DNA from: Alloascoidea hylecoeti
Lineage: Eukaryota
Length of the DNA: 41,061 nt
Direction: 5' to 3'
NCBI GenBank assembly: GCA_001600815.1
Contig: BCKZ01000001.1
Span: 1,098,613-1,139,673 of the forward strand
Shown here piece by piece: positions 33,963 to 41,061 of the stretch (positions within the stretch are counted from its first letter, which is position 1; each line of letters starts with the position of its first letter). The position numbers and the translations under genes are program-made. The notes under the pieces were generated by a model. The model was not told where the DNA came from, ran no database searches, and saw only the letters and a list, made by a program, of their open reading frames with translations.

Positions 33963-36900
33963 CAATTAAAAACTAGTAAAAAAAAATTTAAAAAGAAAAT
34001 CCCTATATTATAGTTATAATTTTATTTTTTTACTCTATTTTATTTTTTTGTTTTTTAAAATTTATTTATTTATTCTTTCTTTTTTTTTTTTTTTTTTTTC
34101 TCTCAATATCTATTACTTGTTTACGTTAAGTTAAGTTACGTTATATTGCGATGATTCTTGTTACTTGTTATAATTATTTTTTTATATTTAAGTTTTTTAT
34201 GGTTATGGCATAAAAAAGAGGTTAATTTTGGCATTGACACTTGAGATATTCTCTCAGTTATGATTGATGAACTTTTCTCAAGACAAATGAAATTAAAAAC
34301 TGGTTTAAACCAACAAAACTAATATATTCTTGCAATTGGAGGAATAGGATAGGAGGATAAATACATATACATATAAATTGTTTGTTTGGAGTTATTTGGA
34401 AGAAGGAAGAAACGAGAAGGACAAAAAAAGAAAAAAAAAGCAGCTGGAGGAATGAATAAGTAGATTCATTCAATATACTATATTATATATACATATCTCA
34501 TATTATATCACAACCCTATTACTTTTCTTTATTTATCAACTGTTTTATTATACTATTACTACTATATTTATATTACACTTATAGTACTAAAAAAATATTT
34601 ACTTGTCTAAGATGTTCCCTTTAGATCTGGTTATACATAAATATAATAGTGACCAATATCTCATTGGTTGAAACAAACGTTGTGGAGAAACTGGAGATGA
34701 AAATGGATACGATAATGTAGATATTTCATGATCGTTTACAATTGGTTAGGTGCAATTTCAAGTTTGTCTCACTAATACAAAGGAATGCGTGTTTCTAGAA
34801 GCTTTTTCAAACAATATCATGAATTAATCCCTAATTAGGACGTGCTGTCTTTCTCACGTTATTAATTATAAAGATCATGTCCAGATGATCCAGTTATGAG
34901 GCTTATAAATCGCTGACTTTTGAAATATATGTTTAATATTGTACTCTTCGATCATCTTTATTATATTAAGCTCAACCTTATTGGCTGTAATGATCTGTAT
35001 TGATCTTTATTAGTACGAGAACCGAATTATAAGTATAAACTCAACTCCATAATTCGTATCATCTCTTAATGTTTATTTAGCCCCTTATATACCCATCAAG
35101 CCACAAAAGATTACGCTTACCACCAATATAATTGGCATTGGAAATTTAATTCAAGGAGTTGAGTTATTTCGTTTAACTTCTTCATATTCCGTATAAATTT
35201 TTCTAAGACAATCATCATCATCCCGGTTAGGGGGGCATATTAACTTCTCTCACATATGCGTGTTGTTGGTTGGTAAACCTCAGAGCCGAGACTTTAAATT
35301 CCGAGTAGAATAGTCAAAGTTCTTAAAGCAGTAAGAAAACTTAAACCAGCATCAATATTAGAAAATAATATGATAATATCTCGCATTTCCGCTGGGTTTA
35401 ATAACAAACCCGTGAATATTATTTGAAGTTGATCATGACGAAATAAGTCCCACGACAACGTTCAATACAAACAAATAATCAACACACGGAGGCCGATTTA
35501 ATTTAAAAGTCATCTAATTGGTTCACATTTGAAAAATTAACGATCGCGATAACTTCCGATCTTTAAAATGAATATTTTAATTTCAAATAAAAATTTAAAG
35601 ATTAAATTATAAATAAATTTTGAAGAGGGTGTTCAAAACATCGTGCACGGTTAATCGGGAATAATTAAAATTCCAAACTATAATGAAGATCTGACTTCTC
35701 TGTGATGATGGCTTGTAGTCATATATTTTTCTTCGGATTATAAGAAAAAATATAGGAGTCGATACGATTCTCATCCCCTTTATATCCGTTTATTACGTGG
35801 CAAGTTCTATTTAACATAGGACGACCATCAAATGATGAGGCTCCGTATATCAAACTAATGGGGTTCTCCGGATTTTCAAGAAAGAGAAATTTAAAACAGC
35901 CACAGATGAATGAGATATTTCCAATATTAATCGGCTTGTTGGGTTAAGCATATATTTTTTTAAAGCTTATAATAAGACTTTAATTTTATATAATCATCAA
36001 TTAATAAAATGAATCGCATAACGGACAATAGCAATTTTTACTCAATTAAATCTACATGGTTAATAGTATTGTGGAAAAGTGTATATAGTTGAATATACCA
36101 TCTTTATATTCCATGTTCGGCTGTGGCGGTTAACAACAAATATAAATGTATGAATGGATAAAAAAATCCAATTATAAATATAAAATGACTGAATATTGTG
36201 TCTGATTATAATTAGTAAATAATCAAAATATGAAGCCCATTGTCATAGTCGCATATAGACGTACATTTAAACATCTATTCATCTTAATTGATCAATTGAT
36301 GATAATTATAAGTTTCATCCTTGGGCATGGTACTAAATGGCACTTTAACTGAAACTCATCTAATATTGTTGTCCTGCAATTGCGTCTCTTTGTTTCCTTC
36401 TTATTCATTACTCTGTGTCACAAATCCTTAAGCTTAATTTGCAAGTTTTCAATTGTGTAGGAGAGAGCTTTGAGTCTGACTGTAACGGTATATAGTTATA
36501 TGTACAACTAAAATGATTTATAGTTGTGAAGAGGATTTGATACCAATCATCAGTACTGACTTAGCTAGTAGTATGAAAGTGGTGTTCAAATTATCAACAA
36601 TTGCTGCCATATTTCACACCTGGACATCTGGGTAATAGAACACAAAACATGGATTTGAGATTTGACAACGTCTTTTTAAGAAAACCCCAATGTTTTATTT
36701 AAGGCTTATACCGTAGACGGTATATGTAGTATGAGTTAGCAACCTAGCATACTCACAACATTGTTATGTTGCAGCCACGAATTACTTAACCAGTATTAAC
36801 CACCAACAAAATATAAATATAATTTACTGGAAAGCTTATCACAGAAATCTACTTAATCTCATTATTCTGATAATCTTTGATGAATATTCACTCTTTGTAA

Positions 36901-37274
36901 TTTTTTCTCTGGTGTGAGACTTTTTCTAAAATTTAGCTTATTGGGCTCTTAGATGCACTCATAAAACACAATTCTTCATTATGCCACGATTAGTTGGAAG
37001 CTGTCATATTGATATCATATCATCCCTCTATATTAAAGAGTGAAGTAGATGTTTTCTTAAAGTGGTTATCGTAATGTATTGCGAGAATTGAGAATATCTA
37101 TAATTTTGGGCGACTACCCTAAATCGCTGCAACTCAAAAGTTCCATCTTTGAATCAACCACTAAATCACCACCCGATATTGAAATGACACGTACATACAA
37201 GGATTCTAATTAGAATGATCATTAGAATGAGCTCATACTCTCAATTATTGAGTACAAGAGACAGCACACGAATG

Positions 37275-37702
37275 TGTCATATGTGAAATAGCCAACAAAT
37301 TCTATATCTCAAAATCGACCATTACCTCCACCATAAATTATCAAGATAAGACTCACAAAAATAAAAGGGTTCTATCTAATCTTTAGGAATAAAAGATAGT
37401 TGGGTGACTTGATTTTGCGTAAGCGCTTTTGTGAGCTGAATGATGAACTGCTTGTGGAGTACGAAAAAGGGTCCTTCTCAAAGATTTACAATGAGAAACG
37501 TGTAAACAAAGCATTATTATTCCGATAATTATCATAAACGTCTTTAAACGAGGAACCAAAATGTCTTCACGAATGGTATACTTTACTTGAAGCTTTCAAA
37601 TAAAACATCACGATTCTCACATTTGGAACCTTAATAAAGCAATTACACAAACAGGTATCACATAAGAATGGGATGAATAATTTATATCCTCAATTATATA
37701 CA
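37275..37702. mobile_element. Putative solo LTR, family A copy 2 (428 bp)
   Basis: AATG|TGTCATATGTGAAA ... TCAATTATATACA|AATG: TG...CA ends, a 4-bp flanking direct repeat, and termini shared with 2053..2467. Confidence 0.5.
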
Positions 37703-37919
37703 AATGCTTGACTATATTTGTTAGATTTAGGCTCCTTATATCAAAGTTTTAATAAATTTAATATTTTATAATTGATTTTTTTTCCGTTCTAATTATTGAG
37801 TACAAAATTATTAGAGCAGGGGTCACCCGGACATATCCTATTTTTTTGTGACACTTTTATACAATACCGCTAAACATCTGAAAGCCCAATAATTTATATC
37901 AAATTAATAACATATTAGG

Positions 37920-39409
37920 ATGCCACGATTAAGAAGAAACAGTACGTTACATTTTTCACCTCGAAAGATACAATTATTATACCAACCTCCTCAAATATAT
38001 TCATTTCACTAACTGTTAATTGCTTTACTTTTCATTCAGCGCGTTCAAAGAAACACGAAACAGAAGATGGAGATGTTGAAATGCACGAAGAACCGCTTCA
38101 ATTAGCCCACGATGATGGGAAGGACGATGACTATAAAGATGATTATGATGTTGAAGATCATGATGATAAGCCAGATGGAGAAGTAGGAGATGATGAGCCC
38201 AATTCGCAACATGATAATGAACAAGACTTTGGCTCACCGGCCCCAGACACCGAACACTTCGAAAACGGCGATACACCTGTTTTTAAGAAACGTGGTCGTG
38301 GTAGGCCTCCTTTACACAAAAATAAATTAAGGACTCCTGTAAGGGATGAGGATGGCTCTTTAAAAAGGAAAAGAGGGTTTCAACCAGGAAGTAGTAAGAA
38401 TAAAAGCATCTCAAGAATCAAGAGAATTTCATCCTCAATTCCTACAGATGATGATGGTATTCCTTTACAAATTATCGACGATGAAGCTTCACTACCCGAA
38501 GACCCAAAGGGTGAGACTAAAATAAGCAAAAATGGTGAATTACGAGGTGGCAGAGAGTTTAGAACCCGTACCTTTAAAGTCTTAGGCAGAGGTAATCGAT
38601 TTTACATGCTTTCAACGGAACCTGCTCGATGTATGGGATTCAGAGACTCATACCTCCTATTTCAAAAACATAAAAAACTAGTTAAAATTATTATTGATAA
38701 TGATGAAAAATTCGATTTGATTGATCGAAATCTTATTCCACATTCTTACAAGGGTCGTACCATCGGTGTTGTTACAGCGCGCTCTGTATATCGTGAATTT
38801 GGTGCTAAAATTGTTGTTGGCGGTAAAAGAGTTATCGATGATTATTATGAAGACTTAGCAAGAGAACAAGGTTACGTGGAAGGAGATTTAGCAGATCCAA
38901 CAGATCGTCTACCACCACAAGGTATACCATACAATCAAAATCAATACGTTGCTTGGCATGGGGCAAGTGCTATTTATCACCAGGCTGCTATAACTCCAAT
39001 TTCAAGAGAAACTTTCAAGGAACCATCTCGGAAACAAAAAATTAATTTAACTCCCCAAAATTGGATTTTTCAGCATGCATTGTCTGCAAGTCAGTATAAC
39101 AATGAAATCACAATTAAAAGAGGACGGGCGTGGAATGCTCGAGGCATATATGAGCCTTATACAGGAATTAATTTTTTCCCTGAATCAACACAACCATCAA
39201 AAGTTATTTGGGAGAAATTTAATCCAAGTGAAGTTTCGACAGAAGAGAATAATAAAGTTATTTTGGAAACAGTTATTAGAGCTCCAAATAATGTCATTCG
39301 TACAGGTTTAAAAGATGTTCCTGCTGAAATTTTTGAACATTTAGATCCTGACATTAAGAAGGAGATTCTTAAGCAACAAGCACTAGAAAGAGAATGGGAT
39401 AATTTGTAA
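37920..39409 (+). CDS. NPL6: RSC/SWI-SNF subunit Rsc7/Npl6 (Rsc7/Swp82 family); exons 37920-37941 and 38040-39409
   Basis: DPKGETKISKNGELRGGREF, YMLSTEPARCMGFRDSYLLF and HSYKGRTIGVVTARSVYREFGAKI; AT-hook KRGRGRPP. Intron GTACGT...CACTAAC...CAG (98 nt) joins MPRLRRNT in frame. Confidence 0.92.
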
Positions 39410-39828
39410 TAATTTTGGTTAGTTAATAATAGAACAATATAATAGTATAAGATCTTATAGTACGACTTCGTCTGCTTTAAATATATTAATGTTGTATAGT
39501 TATCGCTTTAACGCCATTAAATTGCAATTGAGGTTTTCTTTAAAAGTTATGGTTCACTGTACCCCTTTCTAATGTTTAATTTCAAATAAATCATCGATAT
39601 CATATACACGTACACTATCTTAAGGCCAGGCCGCATAATCTGGTATAACTTAAGCTTATAGGCCATTAAATTCTGAACGGATCCGAATTTCTTCAGGTTT
39701 TGATATAAAACACCCATTCACCTAAAGTTAATCCTAATTAGGTTTGTATGAGCATATTTTCAGAAGAAATCATCAAAACTCCTAACAAGTTAGTATAGCA
39801 TCTATACAAACTTACACGAAGTTCTGAT

Positions 39829-41061
39829 ATGATCAGACTCAAATTATTCCAACCAGTGGTGGGCAGAAATTTAGGAATTTGGGGAGCCGGCCGCTTAAAG
39901 GCAGTCGCATCTCCGATTGCAATTAAACAGTTAACCATACCCAGACTTGCCCAATCAATTACCAGAAATGTAATATTTCCTAGTTATATGCCATTTGTGA
40001 CATTTAATAGGAGTCTTTTTAAACAATCTCTTTCTCTGAAAAGCTCGAAATCCAACAACCCCGAATTTCCAGATCCTACAGATTCTGAATGGGAAACATT
40101 GTCAGAGCTTGCCAAATTGGAGGTTAACTCAAATAAATTTGCAGCGCAGCTTCGTATTGTTATACGAAACAAACAATCATGTAGATATTGGCGAAAAAAA
40201 TATATTTTTGAATATCTCAACTCTTTTCTTCCATTATCAAGGGGGTTTTCAGATGATTCCATACTTCACCGGAAAGCTATATCAATAAACTGGAACCAAC
40301 TCTCTAATGTTAATGTAAAAGTATTTCATCAAATAATTGAAATATTGGGAAACGGAATACTTTTAAAGAATTCTTCTCGGCCTTTCACACTCAAGATGAA
40401 GGACTGTACACACGATTTACCTTTTATTCCAGATAAAATACTTCATAAAGAATCATTCTTTCTGAAGTATTTTTGTACCTATACTATTTATCATTATGAT
40501 CCACCTATATGGAGCAAAACAAACACAGAATGTGTAAATTTCAGAAGTGATGAAGAAGATGTGAATCGACCAGATGGGAAAAAAACTGTTAAGCCAAAGA
40601 GGGCATCAATTGATAATAAGCTTAAGGAATCCCAGAATTTAGATGAGAATTCCAACCGCAATAAAGAAAATACAGATCCAAAGCCTGACAGAACAGAGAA
40701 CCCAAAAACAAACACCAATCAAAAAAATAAAGGTGGAATACCTCCTGAACTTGGAAACGGATATTACAATAATCCTTTCCTATGGCTTACTATTGTTTTT
40801 ATTTTCGTCTCAATATTTTCTTCGATTTCAAATTCTCCTAAAAGTGAAAACGTGACTTGGCAAACTTTCAGAGTAAATTATCTGGATAAAAATCAAGTGA
40901 AGCTAATAACTATTATAAATAATTCGGTAGCTCGTGCTGAACTGTACCAAAATGAGAAAATGGTTGAATTTGATATCCCATCAGTTGAGGCATTTGAAAG
41001 AAAACTAGAGGAGGCCCAAAATGAAAATGGCACACCACAAGAATCTAGAGTTCCCGTAAAT
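39829..41061 (+). CDS. YTA12: Mitochondrial m-AAA protease subunit (Yta12/Afg3-like), 5' part, runs off the window
   Basis: Hand translation shows 411 stop-free codons from ATG 39829: a basic presequence-like N-terminus, PTDSEWETL, one TM (PFLWLTIVFIFVSIFSSI) and an FtsH_ext-like VTWQTFRVNYLDKNQV...SVEAFERKLEEAQ...RVPV. Absent from the ORF track because there is no stop in the window. Confidence 0.8.
   Translation, partial: MIRLKLFQPVVGRNLGIWGAGRLKAVASPIAIKQLTIPRLAQSITRNVIFPSYMPFVTFNRSLFKQSLSLKSSKSNNPEFPDPTDSEWETLSELAKLEVNSNKFAAQLRIVIRNKQSCRYWRKKYIFEYLNSFLPLSRGFSDDSILHRKAISINWNQLSNVNVKVFHQIIEILGNGILLKNSSRPFTLKMKDCTHDLPFIPDKILHKESFFLKYFCTYTIYHYDPPIWSKTNTECVNFRSDEEDVNRPDGKKTVKPKRASIDNKLKESQNLDENSNRNKENTDPKPDRTENPKTNTNQKNKGGIPPELGNGYYNNPFLWLTIVFIFVSIFSSISNSPKSENVTWQTFRVNYLDKNQVKLITIINNSVARAELYQNEKMVEFDIPSVEAFERKLEEAQNENGTPQESRVPVN

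Noticed and set aside
35130..35450. Short coding-looking frames on both strands in the SREBP-NPL6 gap
   Set aside because: Under 60 codons, interrupted, and with no recognisable homology.
37440..37530. ATGATGA as a C/D snoRNA C box (also GTGATGA at about 25352 and 35702)
   Set aside because: No suitably placed CTGA D box, terminal stem or recognisable rRNA guide.
40373..40385. CTTCTCGGCCTTT matching the U2 snRNA 5' end
   Set aside because: Only 13 nt, lacks GTGTAGTA, and lies inside the YTA12-like ORF.

Overview
AT-rich, gene-sparse nuclear DNA from a budding yeast (Saccharomycotina). It has short GT-AG introns with RCTAAY branch points and reads CUG as Leu. It holds 11 recognisable protein genes: UGA4-like permease, NOP4, CHL4, PHO89, NUP188, a Gfo/Idh/MocA oxidoreductase, a GCY1/YPR1-like aldo-keto reductase, a CRD2-like metallothionein, a full-length SREBP, RSC7/NPL6, and the 5' part of a YTA12/AFG3-like m-AAA protease that the ORF track misses. 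Three genes need a short first exon added. The most unusual region is about 2.0-3.8 kb, where an intact initiator tRNA-Met gene is surrounded by retroelement debris: a 5'-truncated poly(A)-tailed L1/Zorro-like LINE directly behind its terminator on the same strand, a putative solo LTR 13 bp upstream, a second LTR-like family with a diverged copy 35 kb away, and a tRNA 3'-half relic. Other notable items are an unexplained 23-bp-phased GCTAAT array in the NUP188/oxidoreductase divergent promoter and a modular Rim101/Pho4-type PHO89 promoter. All homology calls come from recalled family motifs; no searches were run.
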